Positions 37,150-46,623 of a stretch of DNA of 64,000 bases are shown here, one piece after another. The stretch covers positions 3,066 through 67,065 of the forward strand of contig CAYQNA010000005.1 of the NCBI GenBank assembly GCA_964418775.1. Reading direction: 5' to 3'. The position numbers and the translations under genes are program-made. A model generated the notes under the pieces. That model did no database searches. It worked only from the letters and a program-made list of their open reading frames with translations, and was not told the DNA's origin. The stretch comes from an uncultured Gammaproteobacteria bacterium. GTDB taxonomy: Bacteria > Patescibacteriota > Patescibacteriia > Magasanikbacterales > UBA922. The first letter of the stretch is position 1; each line of letters starts with the position of its first letter.

Positions 37150-38208
37150 ATGACTGAAATTTCGACCACAACCGAGGCTCCGACTCTTGACCAAACGTAT
37201 GTTCGGGGCAAGGTTTTAAAAGTCGAGAGCGCAAACACGGACACTGAATTTGGCGAGCCGATTGTAACCCAGCAAATTCGTATCAAAATCACGACTGGTA
37301 ATGAAATCGGTAAAGAAATGGTGGTGGAATATCAAGTCCGTGGCAGTGGCGCGAGCGAGCGCACATTGCACGAAGGGCAGCCCGTGGTCGTTAGTCGGAC
37401 CGCAATTCCAGGTGGTGAAATTACGTATGCGATTACCGAGCCATTGCGGTTGCCTGTGATTGGGTGGACGTTGGCTGGGTTTTTTGTTTTAACGATTTTG
37501 TTTGCGGGCCGCCGCGGACTTATGGCCTTTGTGGGGCTCGCGGTTACTGCCGCGATTATCGCATGGTATGTGGTACCGCAAATTACCACTGGCGCGAATC
37601 CATTTGTGGTGAGTCTGGTGGCCACGGCCGCAATTGCGTGCACATCATTATTTTTAGCGCATGGATTTAATCGCCGCACAGCCGTGGCATTTGTGAGTAT
37701 TTTAATTACAATTGTGCTCGCGATTGGTTTGACTGAGTGGGTGGTGGCCGCTGCGCATTTAACAGGCCTCGGAAGTGAGGAGTCGTATTATTTGCAATTT
37801 GCGCCAACCGCCACAATTAATTTACGCGGACTGTTACTTGGCGGTATAATAATTGGAGTGCTGGGCGTGCTCGATGATGTGGCCACGGCGCAAACCGCCG
37901 CGGTCGCAGAGTTAAAGGCCGCGAATAAATCATTTGCGTGGCGCGAATTGTATCGTCGCGGCAGTGTGGTGGGGCGCGAGCACATCACCTCGCTCGTGAA
38001 TACGCTTGTGTTGGCCTATGTGGGTGCGTCGTTTCCATTACTACTATTGTTTTCAGCCTACAGCACACCATGGTGGGTGACGCTCAACACCGAATTACTG
38101 ACCGAAGAAGTCGTGCGCACATTAGTCGGTAGTATGGCGCTGGTGGCGGCCGTGCCAATTACAACCGCGCTCGCGGCTTGGGTGTTTACCCGCTATCCTG
38201 AAACATAA
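37150..38208 (+). CDS. YibE/F-like polytopic membrane protein inserted between znuC and znuB
   Basis: ORF track 37063; ATG 37150 MTEISTTTE; N-terminal soluble ~100 aa then ~8 TM helices. Confidence 0.45.
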   Translation: MTEISTTTEAPTLDQTYVRGKVLKVESANTDTEFGEPIVTQQIRIKITTGNEIGKEMVVEYQVRGSGASERTLHEGQPVVVSRTAIPGGEITYAITEPLRLPVIGWTLAGFFVLTILFAGRRGLMAFVGLAVTAAIIAWYVVPQITTGANPFVVSLVATAAIACTSLFLAHGFNRRTAVAFVSILITIVLAIGLTEWVVAAAHLTGLGSEESYYLQFAPTATINLRGLLLGGIIIGVLGVLDDVATAQTAAVAELKAANKSFAWRELYRRGSVVGREHITSLVNTLVLAYVGASFPLLLLFSAYSTPWWVTLNTELLTEEVVRTLVGSMALVAAVPITTALAAWVFTRYPET

Positions 38209-38209
38209 T

Positions 38210-39013
38210 ATGCTCGAGATTTTCCAATATGACTTCATGAACCGCGCACTTGTCGCGGGTTTGGCTGTCGCGATTGTGGCGCCGTTGGTTGGTTTGTTTT
38301 TGGTTGTGCGCCGCTATTCATATTTGGCCGACACGTTGGCTCATGTCTCGCTCGTGGGTGTGGCTGTAGCAGTCCTCGGCGGTTTTAGTCCTGTTCTGGC
38401 TGCCACTGTGGCGGCAATTGCTGCTGGTGGTGGGATCGAAGCGCTGCGCCGCAATCAGCGTGTATTTAGTGAGTCAGTCCTCGCAGTTTTTCTCTCGGGC
38501 AGTTTGGCCCTCGCTGTGGTGCTCATGAGCGTGGGTAAGCGTTTACACCAAGATTTGTTTTCGTATTTGTTTGGCAGTATTACAACCGTAACGCCAACCG
38601 AGGTTTGGACGATCGCGATTGTCGCAGGCGTGGTCGCACTCACGGTTTTAATTGTGTTCAAAGAATTGTTTCTCCTAACACTCCACGAGGAATTGGCTCA
38701 GGCCGAGGGCTTGCGCGTACGTGTGTATTCGGTCTTGCTCATGGTTTTGTCTGCCGTCACAATTGCAGTGGCCATGCGTGTGGTGGGGAGTTTGCTCGTG
38801 GGCGCGCTCATGGTTATTCCTGTACTCACAGCCGCGCAAATCGCGCGCAGTTTTTGGGCTACCGCAATTTGGTCTGTGTTCCTCTCAGTCCTAGCAACAT
38901 TTCTAGGCCTTATTGGTTCATTTTATTTTGATATTCCGAGCGGCGCGTCAATTGTTGTCGCCGCACTTTTAATTCTGGTAGCCACATTTGTGTGCATGCC
39001 CCAACGTCGTTAA
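38210..39013 (+). CDS. znuB: Zinc ABC transporter permease (ABC-3 family)
   Basis: 267 aa; ABC-3 permease topology and conserved mid-protein motifs. Confidence 0.85.
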   Translation: MLEIFQYDFMNRALVAGLAVAIVAPLVGLFLVVRRYSYLADTLAHVSLVGVAVAVLGGFSPVLAATVAAIAAGGGIEALRRNQRVFSESVLAVFLSGSLALAVVLMSVGKRLHQDLFSYLFGSITTVTPTEVWTIAIVAGVVALTVLIVFKELFLLTLHEELAQAEGLRVRVYSVLLMVLSAVTIAVAMRVVGSLLVGALMVIPVLTAAQIARSFWATAIWSVFLSVLATFLGLIGSFYFDIPSGASIVVAALLILVATFVCMPQRR

Positions 39014-39014
39014 C

Positions 39015-39293
39015 ATGCCCAAAGAAAAACTCCAAAAAATTCGCCAAACATCGGCCGAACTCTCACGCGAAGTTCGCGAAAAAGTCGTTGGTTACATTGT
39101 GGCTGCGCTTGGTTTGGTCGCTGGTCTAGCTTGGAATGATGCGGTCAAAGCCACAATCGAAAGTATTTTCCCCGCTCAAGAAAATTCACTGTGGGCACGC
39201 TTTGGCTACGCCATTTTTATCTCCATTGTCATTGTGATTATTTCCATCAACTTGGTAAAAATTACCAAGCGTGATGACGAGGATAAAAAATAG
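39015..39293 (+). CDS. Small membrane protein (hypothetical)
   Basis: ATG 39015 MPKEKLQK; two hydrophobic helices. Confidence 0.4.
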   Translation: MPKEKLQKIRQTSAELSREVREKVVGYIVAALGLVAGLAWNDAVKATIESIFPAQENSLWARFGYAIFISIVIVIISINLVKITKRDDEDKK

Positions 39294-39337
39294 CGGTATT
39301 GCCCAGGCATGGGCCCCTGGTGTACACTAAGGGGACT

Positions 39338-40306
39338 ATGATGTCCGAAGCAATTGCTAATTTTTCGAAACAATTTTCGTTTGAGCCCGTGGTTGAGAAT
39401 GCTGGTGCACTGCGACCGTTTACGCGGGCGTTGATTTGTGGCATGGGTGGTTCGCATTTGGCCGCTGATTTGTTGCCAATTTTGACTCCTGGCCGTCGCG
39501 AGGTTGTGTATTCTGATTATGGTTTGCCTGTGCTGGGTGAGGATGACAGGGCCGAGACACTCGTGATTTTGTCATCATATTCTGGTAATACCGAAGAGGT
39601 GATTGAAGCGGCCGAACAAGCCAGAGCGCTTGGTTTGAATGTGGCCGTGATTGCGGTTGGTGGCACGTTGCTCCAAATGGCGAAAGATAATAACTGGCCA
39701 TATGTGGCGCTTCCAAACACAGGTGTGCAGCCGCGCTCGGCTTTGGGTTTGGCAGTGATTGCTTTGCTCGCGCTTTTGAATGAGACCGCGGCTTTGGCCG
39801 AAGTGCAATCATTTGTGAATTTTGATGGCACAGGTTTGCACGCCAAGGGTCAGGCTTTGGCCAAACGTTTGGCGGGTTTTGTACCCGTAATTTATGCTTC
39901 GCACCGTAATCAGGCTTTGGCCTATAATTGGAAAATTAAATTCAATGAAACTGGTAAAATTCCGGCCTTTTACAATGTCATTCCTGAACTGAATCACAAT
40001 GAAATGAATGGCTTTGACTATAATTCCCAGACGCGTGCGTTGTCCGAGAAATTTTGTTTTATTTTTTTACGCGATGCATCTGACCTCCCGATGAACCAAA
40101 AGCGGTTCGAGGTGCTGGCACGGTTATATGCGGATCGCGGTTTGCCAGTGGAAGTGATTGAAGTAAGTGGCGCAACACCAACGGAAAAAGTGTTTAGTAA
40201 CTTGCTCTTGGCTGACTGGACTGCGCTTAGTATTGCGGATAATAATGGCGCCGAGCCCGAGGCCGTGCCAATGGTCGAAGAGTTTAAAAAATTAATTCGC
40301 ATATGA
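39338..40306 (+). CDS. Bifunctional phosphoglucose/phosphomannose isomerase (SIS-domain, archaeal type)
   Basis: ORF track 39299 (TTG); ATG 39338; ICGMGGSHLAADL and ILSSYSGNTEE SIS motifs; ~320 aa. Confidence 0.75.
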   Translation: MMSEAIANFSKQFSFEPVVENAGALRPFTRALICGMGGSHLAADLLPILTPGRREVVYSDYGLPVLGEDDRAETLVILSSYSGNTEEVIEAAEQARALGLNVAVIAVGGTLLQMAKDNNWPYVALPNTGVQPRSALGLAVIALLALLNETAALAEVQSFVNFDGTGLHAKGQALAKRLAGFVPVIYASHRNQALAYNWKIKFNETGKIPAFYNVIPELNHNEMNGFDYNSQTRALSEKFCFIFLRDASDLPMNQKRFEVLARLYADRGLPVEVIEVSGATPTEKVFSNLLLADWTALSIADNNGAEPEAVPMVEEFKKLIRI

Positions 40307-40545
40307 AATATATTTTAGGCTTGCTTGTGATTGCGCTGGGCGCGGTCATGGTTATTAAAACCGAGTGGTTTATTGAAAATTTTGGCCAAAGCAGCTGGGC
40401 CGAAGATAAATTGGGCAATGGCGGCTCGCGTTTGATGTACAAACTCATTGGGATTGCGGCCATTATTTTGTCACTCATGGCTATGACTGGCATGCTTGGT
40501 GAAGTGATTTTGAGTATTTTTGGTGGTTTATTTGGTTTAAAATAA
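40303..40545 (+). CDS. Small membrane protein (hypothetical)
   Basis: 80 aa, two TM helices. Confidence 0.35.
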   Translation: MKYILGLLVIALGAVMVIKTEWFIENFGQSSWAEDKLGNGGSRLMYKLIGIAAIILSLMAMTGMLGEVILSIFGGLFGLK

Positions 40546-40546
40546 T

Positions 40547-41101
40547 ATGACCTACCATGCTGGCAATGCCGTAATTGACCCGGAAATGTTGCTTGCCAAA
40601 AGCGGATTGCGGGCTGGCATGCATGTGGCTGATTTTGGCACTGGTCGCACGGGACACATGATTTTTCCCGCGGCTCGCGTGGTGGGTGCGAGCGGTGTTT
40701 TATATGCGGTTGATTTGCAAAAAGACGTGCTTGAGACGATTGGGCGTCGCGCTAAGCAAGAGGCTGTGAATAATTTGTATCCAGTGTGGGGTGATATTCA
40801 AGTGAAAAATGGCGTGTTAATTCCACCGCAAACGCTCGACATGGTGTTTATGGTGAATATTTTGTGGCGTTGTGCACATCCATTAGCACCACTCACCGAG
40901 GCTTTGCGTTTATTGCGACCAAAAGGCCGTATTATTGTGGTGGATTGGACTGATACAATTGCGTCTGTGGGTCCAACTGAAAAACAGAAATTGGATTTTG
41001 CTGGCCTGATTGCCGAGGCGCGCCGCGTGGGCCTGGCCGTGCAAGAAGATTTTACGGTTAGCGAATATCACCGCGCTTTAATTCTCTATCGTCACGATTA
41101 A
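40547..41101 (+). CDS. Class I SAM-dependent methyltransferase
   Basis: 184 aa; VADFGTGRTG motif I, acidic motif II VDLQ. Confidence 0.65.
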   Translation: MTYHAGNAVIDPEMLLAKSGLRAGMHVADFGTGRTGHMIFPAARVVGASGVLYAVDLQKDVLETIGRRAKQEAVNNLYPVWGDIQVKNGVLIPPQTLDMVFMVNILWRCAHPLAPLTEALRLLRPKGRIIVVDWTDTIASVGPTEKQKLDFAGLIAEARRVGLAVQEDFTVSEYHRALILYRHD

Positions 41102-41103
41102 CT

Positions 41104-41460
41104 ATGCCACACAGGAGGGAAGTGGGGGCTTGGGGCGAACAGCTCGCTGTCACTTGGCTGGAAAAACAGGGGTACACAATTGTGGCCCGCAATTATTACA
41201 CGCGTTGGGGCGAAATTGATATTGTGGCGCGAGGTGCGAATTGGCTCAGTTTTATTGAGGTAAAGTTGCGTACGCGCGGCGAGGGTTCGGCTGAACGCGC
41301 AATTACGGTCACCAAACGCGCGCATTGGCAACGGGCGGCGCAGTGGTTTTGCGTCAAAGAAACTGTGGCCGCGGATTGCGCGATTATTTTTGAGCAAATT
41401 AGTTTGTATGTGGACCAAGCTGCGCGCATGGTGCGCTGCCGCAAATACATCGTTTCCTGA
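41104..41460 (+). CDS. YraN-family (UPF0102) endonuclease-like protein
   Basis: 118 aa; GxxGExxA...GEIDIVA...EVKxR pattern of YraN. Confidence 0.75.
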   Translation: MPHRREVGAWGEQLAVTWLEKQGYTIVARNYYTRWGEIDIVARGANWLSFIEVKLRTRGEGSAERAITVTKRAHWQRAAQWFCVKETVAADCAIIFEQISLYVDQAARMVRCRKYIVS

Positions 41461-42856
41461 ACAATCGTCGGGCGAAGCGTGGTGCCTGAGCACAATCAGC
41501 GGTGCACTTTTTGTGACGCTTCTGTATGCCGTGTCGCGCGTATTTTGGTATGTGCGTGATGGTGCGCTCGGGTTTGGTTATGACACAGGCATTTATCGTC
41601 ATATTATTCAGGGCTATTGGGACGATCGCGGGCAGCATTTACAGGCATTTGGTTTTGCACGGATTACTAATGTCCTGCGTTGGACAGGAATTTCAACTGA
41701 CGCAATTTTGATTGGAGGCTACATGGTGAGTGCGGTGTTGTTGGTGTGGGCAGTATATTTGGTTTTGCAAAAACAAATCAATCGTCGTGCGGGTTTGGTC
41801 GGCGTTTTTATGGTAACGGTTTCACTCACGCAAATTGAATTTTATCATTGGTTTTATTACCGTAATTTGCTCGCTGCTAGTTTGGTTTTACTCGCAATAG
41901 CGCATCGTGACCGCCCCTGGGTCAGTGGGCTGTGGCTGGGGCTGGTTGGTATTATTCACCCCCTATCCCTGGTGCCGATTGCACTGGCGTTTGGAATTTG
42001 GGCTTTGTGCAAAAAAGACCGGTTCACTTTGATACTGAAAATGCTAGGGTTTGCCGCTCTAATCACTTTGATCGGTAATTGGTCCGAGTGGCTACTGTAT
42101 GTGCAACCATTGTGGCAATATCGTGGTTTAGCAAGCACAGCCGTAATGTCAGCGCCCGAGTTTAACGGACAATTTATAACAGTGAGACAATGGTTGGGGT
42201 GGTCATGGCCGTATTTAATTTTAGCGGCGCCTGGAGTCTGGCTTACGCGTCGTGTTTTGGCACCGCTTTGGTGGCTCGCAATTTTGGCTGGTTTGGGAAT
42301 CGCGGCGCAGGTTTTATTTTATCGTCGTTTGATTGTCTGGCTTGATTTGGCGGCAATTATCAGTGCCTCAGCGGCAATTGAATATGCCTGGCAGCGTTGG
42401 CGCCTGAATTGGGCGGTATGTATGTTTGGAATTATCGGCCTCTTCTATGGCTCTCGAGCACTGGTACACTATAAGCCAGCTATGTCTTTGGTCGATTGGT
42501 TGAGTCTGCAACAATTAAATACATTGCCGGCAAAATCGCTGATCATGACAATTACACCACAATATGCACCGTGGCTTTATGGTTACACCACGCAGCGGAT
42601 TATTGCGCCGGGTATGCTCGATGAAAATATCTGGAATCGAGCGCGGTGGGAGTTGTTTTGGGGTACACGCGAACCAGCTGAACGCGCCACCCTTTTGTCT
42701 CAATACCCTGCGCCACACGTATATATTTTTTTGACCCAAAGCCAAAGTCAGTTTGGTTTGCTATTGGGTGCTGACTCGAATTTTGTACCGCTTTCATCGC
42801 AAGTTTGGCAGTTCAATAATCCAAATTATCCACAGAAAAAAAACATAAACGAATAG
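41390..42856 (+). CDS. Polytopic membrane protein (possible glycosyltransferase/ polymerase; start uncertain)
   Basis: 488-aa ORF overlapping YraN by 70 nt; true start probably downstream (after 41460); >=10 TM helices. Confidence 0.45.
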   Translation: MSKLVCMWTKLRAWCAAANTSFPEQSSGEAWCLSTISGALFVTLLYAVSRVFWYVRDGALGFGYDTGIYRHIIQGYWDDRGQHLQAFGFARITNVLRWTGISTDAILIGGYMVSAVLLVWAVYLVLQKQINRRAGLVGVFMVTVSLTQIEFYHWFYYRNLLAASLVLLAIAHRDRPWVSGLWLGLVGIIHPLSLVPIALAFGIWALCKKDRFTLILKMLGFAALITLIGNWSEWLLYVQPLWQYRGLASTAVMSAPEFNGQFITVRQWLGWSWPYLILAAPGVWLTRRVLAPLWWLAILAGLGIAAQVLFYRRLIVWLDLAAIISASAAIEYAWQRWRLNWAVCMFGIIGLFYGSRALVHYKPAMSLVDWLSLQQLNTLPAKSLIMTITPQYAPWLYGYTTQRIIAPGMLDENIWNRARWELFWGTREPAERATLLSQYPAPHVYIFLTQSQSQFGLLLGADSNFVPLSSQVWQFNNPNYPQKKNINE

Positions 42857-42916
42857 TTTATTAGTCTCTGTCTCAGAAAGGTGTTATAATACGCGCATTA
42901 TTGTTTACTAATTTTT

Positions 42917-43684
42917 ATGGCCCGTCCAACAAAACGTTCTTTGTCTTCCGGCACTAGAACCAAGGTGAATTCAGTTACCTCAATTAAATTGGCCTTAAGC
43001 GTGCTTGCGCTTGGCTTTGCATCATTCGCGGCTGCAGCTGCGGCCACAACAGGTCCACAACGTCCTGATTTGACTATTAGTAAGATTCAGCTTAACTACA
43101 CAGGCTATTATTACAATGACCTGCCAGTTGTAAATACCTCAATCGTGGTTTCGAATATTGGTAATGCGGCCACACCAAGCACTCGTCCATTCCGCATTCT
43201 TTTGCGCGCCAACACAACCAATCGTTTGGTTTGTGGTTTTGGTGTGTATGGGTGCCAAACTGGTAAACCATTACCAGAAACTAGTAAGGGTAGTAAGACT
43301 TTCTATATTGAAATCCCAGCAGGTTACAGTATCCCAGCCGGTGGTAGTCGCTTGGTTGAATTCATGATTGGCGGGATTACCAATGAATCGTCTTTAAAGA
43401 ATTTTGCAGCCGTCACTCAAGTTCAGGCTGCAGTTGACACTTCCGGGTATTTCCCAGAACTCAGCACCACAAACAACGCCTTCTCGTATAAATTCATGAC
43501 CAAAATGTTGGTTGTAAAGAAGTTTAATGCCATTGAGTTTATCCCTGGTCTTTGTGGCAGCTCAGGTTCTGAATACGGGTATGGGTACAACAATAACACT
43601 GGTTGCTATCCAATCATCCCTCCATATTCTGAATGTGGCTACGGATACGGTTATAACAATGCCAAAGGTTGCGTGAAATTGTAA
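42917..43684 (+). CDS. Secreted protein with CARDB-like domain and C-terminal GYGYN repeats
   Basis: 255 aa; signal/TM; VVNTSIVVSNIGNAATP-type beta-sandwich signature; SECGYGYGYNNAKGC x2. Confidence 0.45.
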   Translation: MARPTKRSLSSGTRTKVNSVTSIKLALSVLALGFASFAAAAAATTGPQRPDLTISKIQLNYTGYYYNDLPVVNTSIVVSNIGNAATPSTRPFRILLRANTTNRLVCGFGVYGCQTGKPLPETSKGSKTFYIEIPAGYSIPAGGSRLVEFMIGGITNESSLKNFAAVTQVQAAVDTSGYFPELSTTNNAFSYKFMTKMLVVKKFNAIEFIPGLCGSSGSEYGYGYNNNTGCYPIIPPYSECGYGYGYNNAKGCVKL

Positions 43685-43700
43685 AAAAACTTTAGAGGCT

Positions 43701-44900
43701 ATGGAATTATTGCCCCAGGACTTGGCCGGTTCGCTGCGCTGGGTTGGCTCGGCATTGCTTATTGCCGGAACAACCTGGTATTTGTTTGCGCGTCGCAACG
43801 AGGGTGGGGGCAGTAAGTTTTCGGTAGGGCGCAGTAATTCAGTCACGCCAACACTTGATTTGTTCGCGTTGGATTTAACGCAGGCAGCCAAGGAGGGGCG
43901 GATTGATCCAGTCGTGGGGCGCGACGAGGAAATTGCGCGTGTGACCCAGGTTCTTACCCGTCGTACCAAAAATAACGTGATTTTAATGGGGCCGCCAGGG
44001 GTTGGTAAGACGGCAATTGTCGAGGGGCTGGCGCTTAAGATTGTTACGGGTGATGTGCCGCCAATTTTGGCTGGCAAGCGTTTGCTCTCTTTGCAAATTG
44101 CCGAATTGTTGGCCGGTACGAAATACCGTGGTGAGTTTGAAGAGCGCATAAAACATTTGGTTGAAGAGCTTCGTCAGTCTGACCGCACCGTAATTTTGTT
44201 TATTGATGAAATTCACACGGTCATGCAGACGCGTGGCGCCGAGGGGTCAGTGCATTGGTCTGATATTTTAAAACCAGCCCTGGCGCGCGGTGATTTACAA
44301 TTGATTGGCGCTACCACTGAGAAAGAGTACCAACAATATATTCAACCTGAAGAAAGCTGGGACCGTCGTTTCCAGCCGGTTTTGGTTGACGAACCGACTG
44401 TCAATGAATCAATTAAAATCTTGCACGGCGTAAAAAAGAATTACGAAACATTCCACCGGGTTACGTTTACTGACGATGCGCTCAGTGCAGCCGTACGTTT
44501 GTCGGCCGAATATATCAAGGGTCGTCGTTTGCCTGATAAAGCGATTGACGTGATTGACGAAGCTGCGGCGATGATTAATGTGCAAAACGGCAATCATGAC
44601 CATGCGGCGGCGCTTTTACATGGCGCTGGTGCGCGCGCGGCGGCTAAAAATGGCCCCGATGAGTCAGTTGAAGTGGAAAAATTAAAAGCCAAATTGGCCA
44701 AACTTCAAGATGACGAGGACAAAACCACTGATGAAAAAAGTTTGCGCCAATTGCGCCGCGAGATTGTGAGTGTGGTAAAATTAATTGAGACCCAAGAGAA
44801 AAAAGAGCGCGCGTCCGCGGGTTGGCCAACCGTAACCGTGGACCATGTGAAAGAAGTCGTGGCTGATTGGGTGGGCGTAAAGATTAAGGATATTCACTAG
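43701..44900 (+). CDS. Membrane-anchored Clp/Hsp100-type AAA+ ATPase containing only the D1 module
   Basis: 399 aa; N-terminal TM; LDPVVGRDEEIARVTQVLTRRTKNNVILMGPPGVGKTAIVEGLALKI nearly identical in pattern to ClpB/ClpC D1; ends where D2 would begin. Confidence 0.7.
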   Translation: MELLPQDLAGSLRWVGSALLIAGTTWYLFARRNEGGGSKFSVGRSNSVTPTLDLFALDLTQAAKEGRIDPVVGRDEEIARVTQVLTRRTKNNVILMGPPGVGKTAIVEGLALKIVTGDVPPILAGKRLLSLQIAELLAGTKYRGEFEERIKHLVEELRQSDRTVILFIDEIHTVMQTRGAEGSVHWSDILKPALARGDLQLIGATTEKEYQQYIQPEESWDRRFQPVLVDEPTVNESIKILHGVKKNYETFHRVTFTDDALSAAVRLSAEYIKGRRLPDKAIDVIDEAAAMINVQNGNHDHAAALLHGAGARAAAKNGPDESVEVEKLKAKLAKLQDDEDKTTDEKSLRQLRREIVSVVKLIETQEKKERASAGWPTVTVDHVKEVVADWVGVKIKDIH

Positions 44901-44901
44901 T

Positions 44902-46065
44902 ATGGCCAAGGGACCTAAAAAAACTGTGCGTGCGGCTGTGGCCGTGCCAGTGCGCGTACAGACCGTGGCCACGACCAAGTTGGCTCTAGCTCTCACTTTT
45001 TTAGGAGCTTCGTTTTTAGCTGCTTCGGCAGCGGTTGGCAGCAAACCTACGGTTCAAACTTCAGCTGCGCGGACGATTACACCAGTTGGTGTGACCATGT
45101 TGAGTCCAACGGCCGCAGACCGCACGTTGTTTGTGCCAGTTGGCAAAACTGCGACAGATGGCGCGCCAATTATGAGCGTAACACTGACCGCACCAACGGC
45201 GAGCAGCGCCCAATTACGCGCCCTAGCATTCAATGTTATTCGCGCAACTGAAACTGGCTGGGCTGGCGACCCAACTGGGTGTGGCATTGCCAAATATAGC
45301 CTAACGTCAAACGACGGCGCATTACTGGGCTTGGCTACTAAACAAATTGGTGACAGTTCAGCCGTTCGCTTCACACTCGAATCGCCATTGGTTATTGCTG
45401 GTTCGGCTTCTTTGCAACTCCGTCCACTCGAATTTTTCCCTCAGGCTACCGAAGCCAGTGCGGTGCGCGCGCTGCATGATTGCCGCTTGCTCCCGGTTTT
45501 GTCGCCAAGCAATATTGATTTAGTTGGGGCTAATAACCAACCATTGCCTGTGTTAAATGGTCCGGTTTACGGGGCTTTAACGCAGATTGCGGCTGTGCAA
45601 CCACAAGTAAGCTGGTCAACCAATGTACCAGCCACACTAGTATCTGATACTGATAAAAAAATTACGCTCGCGCGTTTTGAATTTAAAAATACGACTGGCG
45701 CTGAACAAACAATTGATATTGCATCACTGCCACTGCTCGTCCGTACTAATGCACAAGCCACTGGTTCGCTTACATTTTCATTAACTCCAGATAATGGTGC
45801 CACACCTTTTGTACAAACACTTTTGCCCGAAGAATTACGCGAGCAAAATACTTTGAGCATTTACACCCCTGCACCAAGTGCATGGACAATTAAAGCAAAT
45901 GAAATCGTAACCTTTACGTTGCAGGCTCAGGGTTCGCTTCAGGGTCAGCCAGGCTGGTACGCCTGCACTTCCATTCCCGCTGACTCACAAATGGCTTGGG
46001 ATTTAGGCGACCAAGCACACACTGCCACCATCCAATTGCCCGAGTTCTGTGTGGTAAAGCCCTAA
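44902..46065 (+). CDS. Secreted hypothetical protein
   Basis: 387 aa; N-terminal signal/TM; Ala/Thr/Ser-rich, no motif. Confidence 0.4.
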   Translation: MAKGPKKTVRAAVAVPVRVQTVATTKLALALTFLGASFLAASAAVGSKPTVQTSAARTITPVGVTMLSPTAADRTLFVPVGKTATDGAPIMSVTLTAPTASSAQLRALAFNVIRATETGWAGDPTGCGIAKYSLTSNDGALLGLATKQIGDSSAVRFTLESPLVIAGSASLQLRPLEFFPQATEASAVRALHDCRLLPVLSPSNIDLVGANNQPLPVLNGPVYGALTQIAAVQPQVSWSTNVPATLVSDTDKKITLARFEFKNTTGAEQTIDIASLPLLVRTNAQATGSLTFSLTPDNGATPFVQTLLPEELREQNTLSIYTPAPSAWTIKANEIVTFTLQAQGSLQGQPGWYACTSIPADSQMAWDLGDQAHTATIQLPEFCVVKP

Positions 46066-46082
46066 TTTTAGTTTAAAGAGAG

Positions 46083-46107
46083 CCGACGTTGACCCGTCGG
46101 TTTTTTT
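46083..46107 (+). terminator. Rho-independent terminator
   Basis: ccgacg ttgacc cgtcgg + T7. Confidence 0.6.
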
Positions 46108-46143
46108 GTGTTAAACCATGTGCAGCGCAATGGAGGCGCTGAC

Positions 46144-46623
46144 ATGGCAGGCAAACGAAGTTATGTCGCAGTTGTTCGCCGTGGCGACACGGTGGATAAC
46201 AAGTTCACGGTCCGCGGAAGTGCGGAGATAGAGACCTTGGCCCAGCGACTGAGGGAGAAGACTGCTCAAAAGGCCGTCAACTTCTTTGTGGTGCGTCCGG
46301 ATGCTGAGCGCTACGCGCCCAGCACGTACATGCTCACGCGACTGCTGGACGGAAAGTCTTACATCGAGTTGGGTCTGAATCATGACGAGACGGACCCGCT
46401 CAACGACAAGCTCCCGTTCCCAGGCGGCTGGGGCCCGCTCTTTGGGAAGGCGGGCTACTGCATGGTCGTCGTGGCGCCCGGCGGCACCCGCCTGGTGCGT
46501 TGCGTCCAGTCGCTCAGCAAGGAGTTTGGGATCAACCTTCCCGACCTCAACGCCTTCTCGTTCCAGCGCATGGGGCACGGCTACTTCCTGGACCTGCGCC
46601 AGCGGACACTCGTCGAGATCTGA
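46144..46623 (+). CDS. Hypothetical protein on GC-rich insert
   Basis: ORF track 46108 (GTG); ATG 46144 MAGKRSYVAVVRRG; ~60% GC with G/C third positions unlike flanks; followed by ggtcagcgcg...cgcgctgacc hairpin. Confidence 0.5.
   Translation: MAGKRSYVAVVRRGDTVDNKFTVRGSAEIETLAQRLREKTAQKAVNFFVVRPDAERYAPSTYMLTRLLDGKSYIELGLNHDETDPLNDKLPFPGGWGPLFGKAGYCMVVVAPGGTRLVRCVQSLSKEFGINLPDLNAFSFQRMGHGYFLDLRQRTLVEI

Noticed and set aside
41390-41460. Translation of the first 24 codons of ORF 41390-42856 overlapping YraN
   Set aside because: Likely an ORF-caller extension; the real start is probably downstream of the YraN stop, but no unambiguous ATG/RBS could be fixed by eye
43562-44149. 195-aa minus-strand ORF overlapping the CARDB-like and Clp-like genes
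   Set aside because: Overlaps two well-supported plus-strand genes; no motif
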